64,000 nucleotides of DNA from a candidate division CSSED10-310 bacterium. GTDB taxonomy: Bacteria; CSSED10-310. The position numbers were made by a program, and so were the translations under genes. The notes beneath the pieces were generated by a model that ran no database searches, was not told where the DNA came from, and worked only from the letters and a program-made list of their open reading frames with translations. Location of the stretch: NCBI GenBank assembly GCA_016931515.1, contig JAFGEQ010000006.1, forward strand, positions 24,649 to 88,648. The letters are read 5' to 3'. Numbering within the stretch: position 1 is the first letter of the stretch; the number at the start of each line of letters is the position of its first letter. Positions 37,684-48,089 of the stretch are shown here, one piece after another.

Positions 37684-38618
37684 TATTTACACTCTCCTTT
37701 ACAATTTTGCTGAAAAAACGTTATCGCCTGATCCCGGTCAATTTTCATCTGTCGGATCAGGGATTCCCTGGAAGCGAAGACAATTTCCGGACGCAACCGA
37801 GTGATAAGATCAACTGTAATGATCCGATCATACAGTGGCTGATCCCACCCGATGAGATGGGTTTCCAACCACAGGGTCTGACCGTTGAAAGTCGGTGATC
37901 GGCCGATATAGGAGATGGAAGGCTTCCAGTCATCATCGATACTGGTTCTGGATACAAACACTCCCGGCGGCGGCAGAACTCGTCCCGGCAAAGCCATATT
38001 GGCTGTTGGAAATCCCAGCTGTTGACCCCGGCCGGCACCATGTAAAACGAGGCCGGTAAAGAACAAGCCATGACCCAGCAAATGCCTGGCCCGGGATAGA
38101 TCTCCCTCTTCGATCATACGTCTGATGCGGGTGCTTGAGACCGGAGAATCCCCCTCATACACATGCGATTCGACCGCAACATCTACTCCGGATTTCTTCC
38201 CTAACAGTTTCAATGTCCCAGGATTGCCTTTTCGATCATGGCCGAATTGATGATCTTCTCCAACGATCATAAACTGGGTTTTCAAACGATTGATCAGGAC
38301 ATCGCTCCAGAACTGCTCCGGCTCCATCGCTGCCATCTCCTCTGTGAACGGCAACTGAATCAGGTAATCAACTCCAACATCTTTCAGGATTCTTTCCATC
38401 TCAGCAAGATCACAAATTCTTGGAACCTTTTTTTCCGGATAAAAAAAATCAAGTGGATGCGGATCAAAAGTGAGGATGACACTTGTCAAATGTTTACTCC
38501 GGGCTGTTGACACCAATCGATTTATAAGTTTCATATGCCCTATATGAAGTCCATCAAAATTTCCCGAAGTAATTGCCGTGCCTTTTTTAAAAACAGGAAT
38601 TGAAGAGGAGATCCGCAT
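37683..38618 (-). CDS. ribF: bifunctional riboflavin kinase / FMN adenylyltransferase
   Basis: Nucleotidyltransferase motif GNFDGLHIGH and C-terminal riboflavin kinase region. Confidence 0.85.
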   Translation of the reverse strand: MRISSSIPVFKKGTAITSGNFDGLHIGHMKLINRLVSTARSKHLTSVILTFDPHPLDFFYPEKKVPRICDLAEMERILKDVGVDYLIQLPFTEEMAAMEPEQFWSDVLINRLKTQFMIVGEDHQFGHDRKGNPGTLKLLGKKSGVDVAVESHVYEGDSPVSSTRIRRMIEEGDLSRARHLLGHGLFFTGLVLHGAGRGQQLGFPTANMALPGRVLPPPGVFVSRTSIDDDWKPSISYIGRSPTFNGQTLWLETHLIGWDQPLYDRIITVDLITRLRPEIVFASRESLIRQMKIDRDQAITFFQQNCKGECK

Positions 38619-38788
38619 TGGTTACACCTTTCCCAACAGATTGCCGAAAATCCTAGCGGGGAGATCATTGACTGTCAATGCAGGTTTGGCGTGGACAGTT
38701 GATTGGGGAAACTTTACAATTGTTTTTGCGTGTTTGACTCGGTTTCTTTTTGAGGAGTATGCTTGACTGCGTTGTGGGAGGACATTTG

Positions 38789-39247
38789 ATGAACCGGTAT
38801 TTCGCGTCCATTGTGCTTTTTACACTGGCTGCTGTCCCAGTCTGGGGAATGTCTCAGTATAACAAGGATGACATTACCATCCCTCCCGAAAACTACATTG
38901 TAGAGATTGTGGACATTGATGGAGTCATCACCCGCGGTGAAAATGTGACTTACGATGACCAGACCCTTGTTAGTGGCACGAGGGGTTCAACGGAGGTTTT
39001 TATTCCGTTCGAACGCATTCAATCGATTGATTTGACGAATAATGAAGATGTTATAACCAGAGAGTTAAAGGACATCAAGGTGAACATCTTGCTGAATGAC
39101 GGATCAAGCTTGGAAATAAATGGAAAGTGCCATAAAGAACTTACTGGCGAATCCGATTTTGGGCGTTTCCGAATCCGTCTGGATCACATCCGGCGAGTAT
39201 CTATTTTAGAGAAAAAACAATCTCCGGTTGGTGTAGAAATGCAATAA
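38789..39247 (+). CDS. hypothetical secreted protein
   Basis: ATG 38789 with GGGAGGA RBS; signal peptide MNRYFASIVLFTLAAVPVWG; no motif recognised. Confidence 0.4.
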   Translation: MNRYFASIVLFTLAAVPVWGMSQYNKDDITIPPENYIVEIVDIDGVITRGENVTYDDQTLVSGTRGSTEVFIPFERIQSIDLTNNEDVITRELKDIKVNILLNDGSSLEINGKCHKELTGESDFGRFRIRLDHIRRVSILEKKQSPVGVEMQ

Positions 39248-39254
39248 GAATAAT

Positions 39255-40355
39255 TTAATTTGTTGCTGCGTGGTCCAGGACTATCTGGATTATTGCATCC
39301 ATTTCATGTTGAGTTAATGCCGGAAAAACCGGGATTGCCAATGAATGGGCGGCCGCCCTCTCTGCATGAGGAAAATCGCCGCGCTGATAACCCAATTCCC
39401 GGAAACAAGGCTGGAGAGGCAAAGGTAGCGGATAATACACTGCACAGCCAATTGATGCTTCATTCATTCTGTCCCGGAGTTCATCTCTGTTCTCGACCTG
39501 AATAACATACTGGTTATAAACACTTTCAGCATTGGGATGTATGGTTGGAGTCTGAATGGTAGTATTGCTGAATGCCTCGTTATAGTATGCCGCATGTCTG
39601 CGACGCTGATCCGTCCACTCATCCAGATATGGGAGCATTACCTGCAAAACAGCCGCTTGCAGTGTATCCAGTCGCGAATTATAGCCGACCTCTTCATGCA
39701 TATAGGTTTTCTTCGCTCCATGAACCCTGAGGGATCTGCATCGTTCCGCAATATCCTGCCGGCTGGTTAGAATCATTCCGCCATCACCGAACCCACCCAG
39801 ATTTTTCGATGGAAAAAAACTGATGCAAGCAGCAGAACCCCAAGTTCCGGTTGGTTTTCCCTTCCAGCGTGCACCCAGCGATTGGGCAGAATCCTCAATT
39901 ACAGGGATCTGACCTGCAATATCCAGAATAGCTTCCATCTCCGCCATCTGCCCGAACAGGTGAACCGGTAAAATTGCTTTTGTACGCGCAGTTATATTCT
40001 GCGCCAGGTATTGCGGATCCAGATTGTAAGTCTTGGGATTGATATCGATGAAAACAGGACGAGCGCCAACATGCCAGACAGCACCTGCGGTTGCATAGAA
40101 CGAGTATGCGGAAGTTATAACTTCATCGCCTTTCTTGACGCCGGCAGCTCTTAAAGCAAGTATCAGAGCATCACTCCCTGACGCGCATCCTATTGCATGA
40201 GACACAGTCGTATACCGAGCGATTTGTTCCTCGAATGCGACAACTTCGGGTCCGAGAATAAATCGTGTTGAATCAATGACGTTTGCGATCGCCTCGTTGA
40301 TTGCGTGCCGAATCGGCAGCAGCTGTCTTTTGAGATCAAGTAATGGTATCGGCAT
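39255..40355 (-). CDS. DegT/DnrJ/EryC1/StrS-family sugar aminotransferase (PLP-dependent)
   Basis: Fold-type I aminotransferase with SFFPSKNLGGFGDGG PLP-lysine motif; second ATG (MPIPLLDLKRQL) preferred, track ORF extends to 40373. Confidence 0.75.
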   Translation of the reverse strand: MPIPLLDLKRQLLPIRHAINEAIANVIDSTRFILGPEVVAFEEQIARYTTVSHAIGCASGSDALILALRAAGVKKGDEVITSAYSFYATAGAVWHVGARPVFIDINPKTYNLDPQYLAQNITARTKAILPVHLFGQMAEMEAILDIAGQIPVIEDSAQSLGARWKGKPTGTWGSAACISFFPSKNLGGFGDGGMILTSRQDIAERCRSLRVHGAKKTYMHEEVGYNSRLDTLQAAVLQVMLPYLDEWTDQRRRHAAYYNEAFSNTTIQTPTIHPNAESVYNQYVIQVENRDELRDRMNEASIGCAVYYPLPLPLQPCFRELGYQRGDFPHAERAAAHSLAIPVFPALTQHEMDAIIQIVLDHAATN

Positions 40356-40533
40356 ATTCCCCTTTCCTTTCATGAAAGCTGCAATAGTATATGCAGTCAG
40401 GTCGTGTCGTGCAATGGTTCCAGATCAATTTTCTATACTTGATGCCGGTGTCCGGTCATGATTGAATCAGACAGTCCGAATTGATTCCCGGAGAGGCAGT
40501 CCGATATAAGTATTTAGAAAGGAGCGTTCGAGA

Positions 40534-41091
40534 ATGCAGGATTTGTTGCTTCATGTGTGCTGCGCCCCCTGCAGTACCCATCCTTTAGAGGTGCTGTCGA
40601 CCGAATTCAATGTCGTTGCCTTCTTTTTCAATCCGAATATTTACCCGCCGGCCGAATACAGACTCCGGGAGAAAGAAGCAATGGACTATTTTAGTGCCAT
40701 GAAAATACAAAACATCATTCCGCCCTATGACCGTGGGGATTGGTTAAATCATGTCAGGATGCATGCGGAAAATCCGGAGGGATCGAATCGTTGCAAACTT
40801 TGTTTTGAGTTCCGCCTCAGGAAAACAGCGGAGATCGCTTCAGGAATGAACATTGGTTTTTTTTCAACAACCTTGACCATCGGCCCCAATAAACCGTCAC
40901 ATGTGATCTTTCCAATTGGTGAAACCCTCGCGATTGAGCACGGACTGATCTTCGTTGCTCGGGATTTTAAGAAACACGATGGATTCAAGAAATCTTGTGA
41001 TCTCTCTAAAGCTGCAGGAATGTATCGTCAAAATTATTGCGGGTGCGAGTATTCATTCAGAGATCGCCGCATCAGGAATGCCGATTACTGA
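40534..41091 (+). CDS. queH: epoxyqueuosine reductase QueH (DUF208)
   Basis: HVCCAPCS signature near N-terminus and conserved Cys pattern; AAAGGAG RBS. Confidence 0.7.
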   Translation: MQDLLLHVCCAPCSTHPLEVLSTEFNVVAFFFNPNIYPPAEYRLREKEAMDYFSAMKIQNIIPPYDRGDWLNHVRMHAENPEGSNRCKLCFEFRLRKTAEIASGMNIGFFSTTLTIGPNKPSHVIFPIGETLAIEHGLIFVARDFKKHDGFKKSCDLSKAAGMYRQNYCGCEYSFRDRRIRNADY

Positions 41092-42121
41092 TGATTGATT
41101 GGATACTTCTTAAGAATACATCATTTTCAACGGGTTGGCCGACGGTAACCCGGAGATGGGATTCCAGACCTTGGATCTTACACATATTCCGGAGCCTTAT
41201 GCCCTCCTTTAGCAACATCTCATATATTTCCTTCGGATTTGGAAGCTTCATCAGAATAAAATTGGCATTTGAAGCATAGGTTTGAATTCCGAATGACTCC
41301 AAGGTTTTCAACATTCGGTTTCTTTCATTTACAATTGTACGAACCCTGTCTGTCAGACATGGCCGGATGAGATTGTAGTTATCTGCAACAACCAGTTGCA
41401 TATGAGATAGGTGATAAGGTGCCGTGACAAGACTTTCATATCGCCGGATCATTTCTGGGTGACCAGCCAATATCCCCAATCTGATGCCTGCCAGCATCGT
41501 TTTGGAGAACGATCGGCCAATCGCAAGGTTGGGATACTTGGACATACTATGAACCATAGTAATACCTGAGAAATCGACATAGGCTTCATCTACAAACACC
41601 ATAGCGCGGGTATCAAGAGCGTGAAGGATAATTGTTTCAGATGTCAAGGTACCGGTGGGGTTGTTGGGGTTGGCGATTAGAATCAAATCCTGATCTGAAA
41701 AGAATGAGGGTTCGATCATATACTTGGGACCGATTTGCCGGAACTCCATGGCGGTACCCGCCAACCAGGCGGCATGATGCAACATCGGATAAGTAGGAAG
41801 ACAAACCAGAGCCCGACGACCGGGACCGCCTGCCAGAAAATGGATGCCCTGAATTGCTCCATCACATCCTGCCGTCAGAGCAAACCAGTCAGGCGGTATT
41901 CCAATCACAGTTGCGAGATTCTTTTTAACACTCAGGTATCCGGCTGGCTGCGGATAACGAGACCACGCCATTGATCTTAGCCGTTCCGATAATTCCCATT
42001 TCAATTCATCCGGCAGATCCCAAGGGGATTCATTTTGATCCATTTTAAACCGGCAGGGACCATCCGCAACCGGAAATGGATCTCCGTCAGGCAGCGGCTG
42101 TCTAAGATAATTCAATCCCAT
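41072..42121 (-). CDS. histidinol-phosphate aminotransferase-like class II aminotransferase
   Basis: NESPW, PNNPTG, DEAY, SFSK...GIRLG (PLP lysine) motifs typical of HisC/CobD family. Confidence 0.65.
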   Translation of the reverse strand: MGLNYLRQPLPDGDPFPVADGPCRFKMDQNESPWDLPDELKWELSERLRSMAWSRYPQPAGYLSVKKNLATVIGIPPDWFALTAGCDGAIQGIHFLAGGPGRRALVCLPTYPMLHHAAWLAGTAMEFRQIGPKYMIEPSFFSDQDLILIANPNNPTGTLTSETIILHALDTRAMVFVDEAYVDFSGITMVHSMSKYPNLAIGRSFSKTMLAGIRLGILAGHPEMIRRYESLVTAPYHLSHMQLVVADNYNLIRPCLTDRVRTIVNERNRMLKTLESFGIQTYASNANFILMKLPNPKEIYEMLLKEGIRLRNMCKIQGLESHLRVTVGQPVENDVFLRSIQSIISNRHS

Positions 42122-42133
42122 GCCCTGGAACGA

Positions 42134-43486
42134 TCAGGTCGCTGAAACCGTCAAATCATCAAAAGCGATCCAAGGTACAGAATATCGTCCGAAGAGAGTG
42201 TCTTCAGAATAGACATCAGATGACATACTCCGAAAGTTATTCTTCATGATTTCAAACACATTCCCGGCGATCATCACATCTTTAACGCGCCCGATAATCT
42301 CCCCATGTTCAATTTTGTATCCCAGGGCAACGCTCATGGAGAATTCGCCGTTGAGATTGTTACCCTGACCGGCACCCATCAGATCATCAATTATGATGCC
42401 TTCCTCTATCGATTCTATGAGTTTATCTCGAGGCAAATCGCCAGGATTGATGACGAAATTGGATGGCCAGGGATTGGGTTGGGCATCGATACTGAAACCT
42501 GTATATAGCGATGATTTTTTAAATCCATTCCCTGATGATTGCTTTCCTGATTTATAGGCTGTCTGCAGGTCGTACAGAAAGCCTTTCAAAACACCCTTTT
42601 CAATAAGCGGTTTCCGATAGGCTGGAACCCCTTCGTCGTCTGCGGGGCAGGAACCGGGCAGACCGGGAATTGTTGGATCATCTGATAAACAGATTCGCGG
42701 ATCAATCACGCGTTCACCGATTTTATCGGATAGCAGGGACAGCTTACGCGCAGCGAGTTCGCCGTTCAAACCATAGAACAAAGGAACAAATAGACCCCGG
42801 AATCCAAGACTTGTAAACAACACAGTCATTTTTTTAGTTTGCATGGGAGATACATTGCCGCAGTGTTTGAATCGCCAAACCGCCATTTCCGCCATCTCCT
42901 TAGGAGCCATGGTCAGGTTTGTAAATGTCCGCGTGTCTTCCAACTCAGCTCGATCAGATGGGAGCATTAGAAGCACATTTAGAAATGACTGGTGAATGGT
43001 TTTTTCGTAACTGACACATCCCCCCCCAGAATTCATTATCGAAATCTTGTGTATTTCCCGTGATACTTCCGCTTCGATATTTACGTCGGGAAATGAGTTC
43101 TTCACCGTATCGACCATTTCCTCCCCAGTAAGAACAATATCCTTCAGAGAGAGCCCTTCGACTCTCTCATCATAAAATGCTCCCTTTCCATAATTCTTAC
43201 AGACTGATGGGAAGGTCATGTCAGTTTCCGGGCCGAATGATGCGGATTCAAGTGCGCGCTGCACCAATCCGTCAACCTCATCCGGGTGCGTGGTTGAAGA
43301 AAAACCGAGCCGTCCATTGACAATGACCCTCAGTCCGGTGGATACCGACTGTTCGCCTTCAAGAGCATTTAATTTTCCACCAAGGAAGCAAGCCGGTGAT
43401 GCATCTTTTTCGATACGATACACTTCCGCTTTTTGTGAATGTTTATTTGCAAGATCCAAAATTCGTTCCATCTTACCGGCCTCCAA
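42134..43486 (-). CDS. pmbA: TldD/PmbA-family metalloprotease subunit (PmbA-like, lacks HExxxH)
   Basis: TldD/PmbA fold with characteristic C-terminal region; paired with an adjacent HExxxH-containing paralog. Confidence 0.7.
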   Translation of the reverse strand: MEAGKMERILDLANKHSQKAEVYRIEKDASPACFLGGKLNALEGEQSVSTGLRVIVNGRLGFSSTTHPDEVDGLVQRALESASFGPETDMTFPSVCKNYGKGAFYDERVEGLSLKDIVLTGEEMVDTVKNSFPDVNIEAEVSREIHKISIMNSGGGCVSYEKTIHQSFLNVLLMLPSDRAELEDTRTFTNLTMAPKEMAEMAVWRFKHCGNVSPMQTKKMTVLFTSLGFRGLFVPLFYGLNGELAARKLSLLSDKIGERVIDPRICLSDDPTIPGLPGSCPADDEGVPAYRKPLIEKGVLKGFLYDLQTAYKSGKQSSGNGFKKSSLYTGFSIDAQPNPWPSNFVINPGDLPRDKLIESIEEGIIIDDLMGAGQGNNLNGEFSMSVALGYKIEHGEIIGRVKDVMIAGNVFEIMKNNFRSMSSDVYSEDTLFGRYSVPWIAFDDLTVSAT

Positions 43487-44852
43487 TCAATACATTTTGT
43501 ATACGGATGTGCGGGCTACCCATCGACACGCTCAGTGGATATTGCATTCTCGCACCGACACTTTTTCCACAACCTCCGGACCGTGAACGCTGGAGATCAT
43601 TTCCGACCATATCAATGTCCTTTAATGTTTCGAAAACATTGCCTGACAGGGTCAAATCACGTATCCAACCTCCCAGTTTTCCGTTTTTAATCACGCGTGC
43701 ACGTTCAGCCGAGAATGTAAACAGACCTTTTGATGTGTTACCACTGCCGCCACCCACGACATACAGTCCATCAGAAATCCCTTCGAGCATCTGCTCGAAA
43801 CTATGCGGACCCGGTGCAATAAACGTGTTCGACATTCTGCAAATGGGCGAGAATCGGTAGTTGATGGTTCTTGCATTTCCCGTAGGTTGCTCTCCCATCG
43901 CAGCGGCAGTATCACGAGTATGAAGACGCCCGGCGAGTTTTCCTTCACGAATGAGGTAAGTCATTGATGATGGTACACCTTCATCGTCATATTTAAAGGA
44001 TCCCCGTTCATCGGTCAGAGTGCCGCCATCCAGAACGCTGAAATGATCTTGCCCGAATCTTGTTCCGAGTGTCATCTGGTTGAGCAGTTTTTGATTATCG
44101 GTAACATTATCGGCTTCTGAGAGGTGACCAAACGCCTCATGAATGAATACCCCGGATAATCTCGGGTCCAAGATAACCGTATAGCGACCGCCTTCAACCG
44201 GCTTTGCCTTGACAAGATCCGAAACATCACGGCAGAGATCATCCAGTGTCATTTCCGCCTGGGCGATATCGTTCCATGATTTCCGCGTACCAAACCCGGA
44301 ATAGATCGACTGAACGACGTTCTCATGCCGTCCTATGGCACTCACTCCGCCGGCTCCCCAAAACCCGTGCATTTTGATACATGTGCCTTCGCTGTTCGCA
44401 TAAAAAATCCGTCGTTCATCTTCAACATAGTTCGCGCCTGACGAAATTACTGTTGGGCTGGATTTTAAAATTGAATTGGACATCCGACGAAACAACGCGA
44501 CTTTCTCCTCAAGGCTGACATTCCGGGGGTCATCCTTGGGATCGATGGTCAGTTCAACCGAATCTTCCACCGGGTTGACCGGTGCCAATCTAACGGATCC
44601 TTTTCCTGCAGCGACAGCTCGCTCTTCCGCTGCTCGGACAAATTCCCTGAGTTTGTCTGGATTATTAAAACTGACGAATCCCCAGGAACCATTGATTAAC
44701 GCCCGAACATAGCCACCATAGTCTCTTGTTGATTGCGCTTTTTTCAAATCCTTACCGGAAAAACTGACTCCGGCTTTTGCTGTATCTTCCAGGCGAATTT
44801 CCACAAAATCCGCTCTGGATTCGGCCACTGCCTGCTTCAAAATAGATTTCAT
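43473..44852 (-). CDS. tldD: TldD/PmbA-family metalloprotease subunit (TldD-like, HExxxH present)
   Basis: HEAFGHLSEAD metal-binding motif, Gly-rich C-terminus typical of TldD. Confidence 0.75.
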   Translation of the reverse strand: MKSILKQAVAESRADFVEIRLEDTAKAGVSFSGKDLKKAQSTRDYGGYVRALINGSWGFVSFNNPDKLREFVRAAEERAVAAGKGSVRLAPVNPVEDSVELTIDPKDDPRNVSLEEKVALFRRMSNSILKSSPTVISSGANYVEDERRIFYANSEGTCIKMHGFWGAGGVSAIGRHENVVQSIYSGFGTRKSWNDIAQAEMTLDDLCRDVSDLVKAKPVEGGRYTVILDPRLSGVFIHEAFGHLSEADNVTDNQKLLNQMTLGTRFGQDHFSVLDGGTLTDERGSFKYDDEGVPSSMTYLIREGKLAGRLHTRDTAAAMGEQPTGNARTINYRFSPICRMSNTFIAPGPHSFEQMLEGISDGLYVVGGGSGNTSKGLFTFSAERARVIKNGKLGGWIRDLTLSGNVFETLKDIDMVGNDLQRSRSGGCGKSVGARMQYPLSVSMGSPHIRIQNVLIGGR

Positions 44853-44927
44853 CTGTTCATTCTCCCTTCACTCCGCTTCAGCCGTCCGTATTCACAACCC
44901 CAAGACATTCTCAGCCTATTATCGTAA

Positions 44928-45692
44928 TCATAATTCAGGTTTTTTATCAAACATCATGATGGTCATCGAATCAGCAGTTGTTCCGGAACCAGTGCTATCC
45001 CCGGTTTCCACCATTGTCAACCAGTCAGGCAAACCCAAAGCCCAACCAAATTCTGCAACTGCACCCGAAATATTCACATGCGGTTCACTCAGTATTTTCC
45101 TGATTCGCGCGGTTGTTGATAAACCGGTAATTTTGTGAAGCAAGCGAGGTAATTCCTGATTCAGTACAGGCCGTGGAAGATCGAGTTGTCCCCCGGAGAT
45201 TCTGGATCGATAGTGCTGCTCGATGCGCGGATCCGAACTGACCGTCCGAGTTGAACGGTCACGGATACGGGATTCAAGCAATTCCAGGCCGCGGACACCC
45301 AGTTGTTTCAGTTTTGCCTGTTCGAATGTATCAAGCTGCGTCGATGATCCGGATGCGTATTCAGAAGAAATTTCCCATTGATAGGAACCGATGTAATCGT
45401 TGCCGTTAAATGCGGTAAATCTCCATGCTGATTGGGTATCAACGGATAAAGCCAGCACGAACGACTGAAGCCGGTGAGCAATATCGGACGCCATATCCAC
45501 AGTCTTCTCCGGTATATTGATCAGACTGATCCAGCGCTCGGAATTCATGATGATTCGGATATCCCATACGAGTGTATCTAAATGTGATGTCCACCGACTG
45601 ACTGGCGCCAATCCCCTGCAGGCAGCCATATCGATCAATGCTTCCTGAACCTGTTTCTTCTGTCGATCCAGAATATGAACGCTTTCCAGCAT
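44928..45692 (-). CDS. hypothetical protein (254 aa)
   Basis: ORF divergent from the first GT-C-like membrane protein; no motif recognised. Confidence 0.35.
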   Translation of the reverse strand: MLESVHILDRQKKQVQEALIDMAACRGLAPVSRWTSHLDTLVWDIRIIMNSERWISLINIPEKTVDMASDIAHRLQSFVLALSVDTQSAWRFTAFNGNDYIGSYQWEISSEYASGSSTQLDTFEQAKLKQLGVRGLELLESRIRDRSTRTVSSDPRIEQHYRSRISGGQLDLPRPVLNQELPRLLHKITGLSTTARIRKILSEPHVNISGAVAEFGWALGLPDWLTMVETGDSTGSGTTADSMTIMMFDKKPEL

Positions 45693-45756
45693 GAGTCACC
45701 TCCTGTGCGATTCTTTCCACTTGAGCGCCGGGACAGTCTGCCTGTAGAATAGAATC

Positions 45757-47988
45757 ATGTCTCGTCTGAACTCCGGGCTCATTTCACTTGTTACTATTAT
45801 GCTGTTCGCAGCTGCCTTTTCAAAGGGATTGATCTGTGTTTTTACAAATCCGCCCTGGCAGGCTGCCGATGAGCCCATGCATCTTGAAGCCGCACTGATT
45901 ACAGGGGCGAGTTTCCCGACGTCATTTCCCCCTGACGAGACAACGGATCCGAGTTTTCAGGCACCCATTCTGCAGGTAATGAGCAACCATCGTTTTTTTC
46001 AGCGAATCGGGATACCTGAACCCATGCCTCTGCCAAAATTTTTCCGGGAAACCGTTTTTATAAGGGATGCGCCATCCAAACTCGGCCGCCAGCCTCTATT
46101 CTACCTCATCACAGGGTTGCCGGTTCATTGGATGACTTCAGGTATACTTGAAGCGCTCTATCTGTGCAGAATTATCAATCTCCTGGTGACACTTCTAGGA
46201 GCATTCTGCCTCTACATCATCTTGGGTCGACTCTACCCCGCAGCACCTCTTATCAGATTAATGGGATTGTTTTTCCTGATCACTCAACCCCTGTTCTGGC
46301 AGATGGGTTCTTCCATGACACCGGACGCGTGGAAGTTCCTGCTGATGTCGATTGGTTTTCTGTGTGTCATCGCCAGGCCGACGTCCGGATCCCGGCTGTT
46401 ATATAATCTGATTTGCATATCCTGGTTCATGGCAGTTGCTGCAACCAGTTGGACGTTGGTCCCACTGGCAGTTGTCATCTCAACTGGATTTCTACCCAAA
46501 GATTCCAACCGGTCGATTTCATCCAATCTGAAAAGGCGTATCGTCCCGCTTGCTTTTCTTGTCGCAGCCGTTCTGATTGCGTTCCTCATCTCCGATCGAA
46601 CTCTGATCTATCACGAGATGAAGCATATCGTGACAGCATTTCAAGGGCTTCCCGCAAAATCTTCAAACATCAAAACCATCGTTCAAACACTGTTTCAAAC
46701 ATACTGGACAGGATTCGGATGGTTATCCATTCCCACTAACCTCTCAACACTCCTGTTATTCAGTCTCGTCTCATCCATTGGATTCGCCGGATTGATCCGT
46801 TATTTTTGCGGCGTACGATTCAAGGGTGACTCCGATCCAATCAGGCGTATTGTAATTGTATTTTGTGTGTTGGGAGCCGGAATGGTAATTTTCCGCGCAT
46901 TATCAGATGAACCTTCCATCCAGGGCCGCTACTTTTTCCCGATACTTCCGGGCATCCTGATTGCCGGTACCAGGGGATTGTTTCTGATCCGCTCCCCTAT
47001 GATCCGCCGTGTATTCCTTTTTATTGCGGTCCTCTGCGGATTCCTTGGAGATATTGCCGCAAATACGTCCGGATGGATGCTGTTTCAACATTACGGGTAC
47101 CAGGCGATCAGTGATCCCGTCCAGGCAATGGCTCATCTGAGATGGGTCGATTCATACCCGACACGTCATGTTCTTGATTCCAGGGATCCCCAATCATCAG
47201 CATTTTTCTATAAGGGCTGGTATCCGCCGGAACCCGGAAACACTCATCGGTGGATGATGAAAGAATCGGAAACTCTCTTACCATTTGTTTCTACTCAGAA
47301 CGCTCTGATGCGAATGGAGATCAACCCATTCCTGAGTTCAGAGCAGTCTGAGATGTCTATTCAGGTTTCATTGAATGGACAGATTTTAGAAAGCAAAGAG
47401 ATTCAACCAGGATGGCGGACTTACACATTTTTTGTCAGTCAGAACGAATGGGTGGGAGGTTTGAACCGATTAGGAATATCAGCACACAACGTTGGAAGTC
47501 CATCCGATTCCGGGGAGAATTCGGACAGGCGATTCCTGTCAATCGCATTACGGAGAATTGATATTATTCCGTTGATTTACACAGGGGGCATTGATGAGAT
47601 TTTTTCCGGGTGGTTCTTTACTCCGGATATGCAAGCCCGATTGCATTTAAATGCCGGTGATCGGATAGAGGTTCTATCCGACGAAACCGGTGATTTCTTT
47701 TTTTCAACATCCGTTGACGGTCAACGATATTGGACAGAGTTAACTCCCGGAGAACAGTTCGAGTTCGATACAGCGTTCAGAATCTCCCGGATCGAGTTCG
47801 ATCAGGCCAGACCGAATCAAGCGGTCGAAATTTTTCGTTCGTTTCAGCAATCGATTGGAATGCTGCCGGAGGGGTTAAGCGACGTGTACTTTCATCTTTA
47901 TTTATTTGCTGTCTGGCTGCTCATATACAGCATATCCGTCGTTTTTTTATTAGTAGCTTATGCATATTCCAGACGCTTGACCCTTTGA
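45757..47988 (+). CDS. GT-C-fold polytopic membrane protein (PMT/ArnT-like putative glycosyltransferase) with C-terminal soluble domain
   Basis: Multiple TM helices in first ~430 aa, DEP motif in first predicted loop (AADEPMHLEAA) analogous to the DE motif of ArnT/PMT enzymes; family assignment tentative. Confidence 0.5.
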   Translation: MSRLNSGLISLVTIMLFAAAFSKGLICVFTNPPWQAADEPMHLEAALITGASFPTSFPPDETTDPSFQAPILQVMSNHRFFQRIGIPEPMPLPKFFRETVFIRDAPSKLGRQPLFYLITGLPVHWMTSGILEALYLCRIINLLVTLLGAFCLYIILGRLYPAAPLIRLMGLFFLITQPLFWQMGSSMTPDAWKFLLMSIGFLCVIARPTSGSRLLYNLICISWFMAVAATSWTLVPLAVVISTGFLPKDSNRSISSNLKRRIVPLAFLVAAVLIAFLISDRTLIYHEMKHIVTAFQGLPAKSSNIKTIVQTLFQTYWTGFGWLSIPTNLSTLLLFSLVSSIGFAGLIRYFCGVRFKGDSDPIRRIVIVFCVLGAGMVIFRALSDEPSIQGRYFFPILPGILIAGTRGLFLIRSPMIRRVFLFIAVLCGFLGDIAANTSGWMLFQHYGYQAISDPVQAMAHLRWVDSYPTRHVLDSRDPQSSAFFYKGWYPPEPGNTHRWMMKESETLLPFVSTQNALMRMEINPFLSSEQSEMSIQVSLNGQILESKEIQPGWRTYTFFVSQNEWVGGLNRLGISAHNVGSPSDSGENSDRRFLSIALRRIDIIPLIYTGGIDEIFSGWFFTPDMQARLHLNAGDRIEVLSDETGDFFFSTSVDGQRYWTELTPGEQFEFDTAFRISRIEFDQARPNQAVEIFRSFQQSIGMLPEGLSDVYFHLYLFAVWLLIYSISVVFLLVAYAYSRRLTL

Positions 47989-48089
47989 GTGTTGAATGCT
48001 AGTGTTGGCTGCCTGAGTTTAGTGGGCTTAATTCAGACGAATTTGCCTGATGTGCAAGTATACCGGGTTGATAGGTAAGGAGAGGTAAA

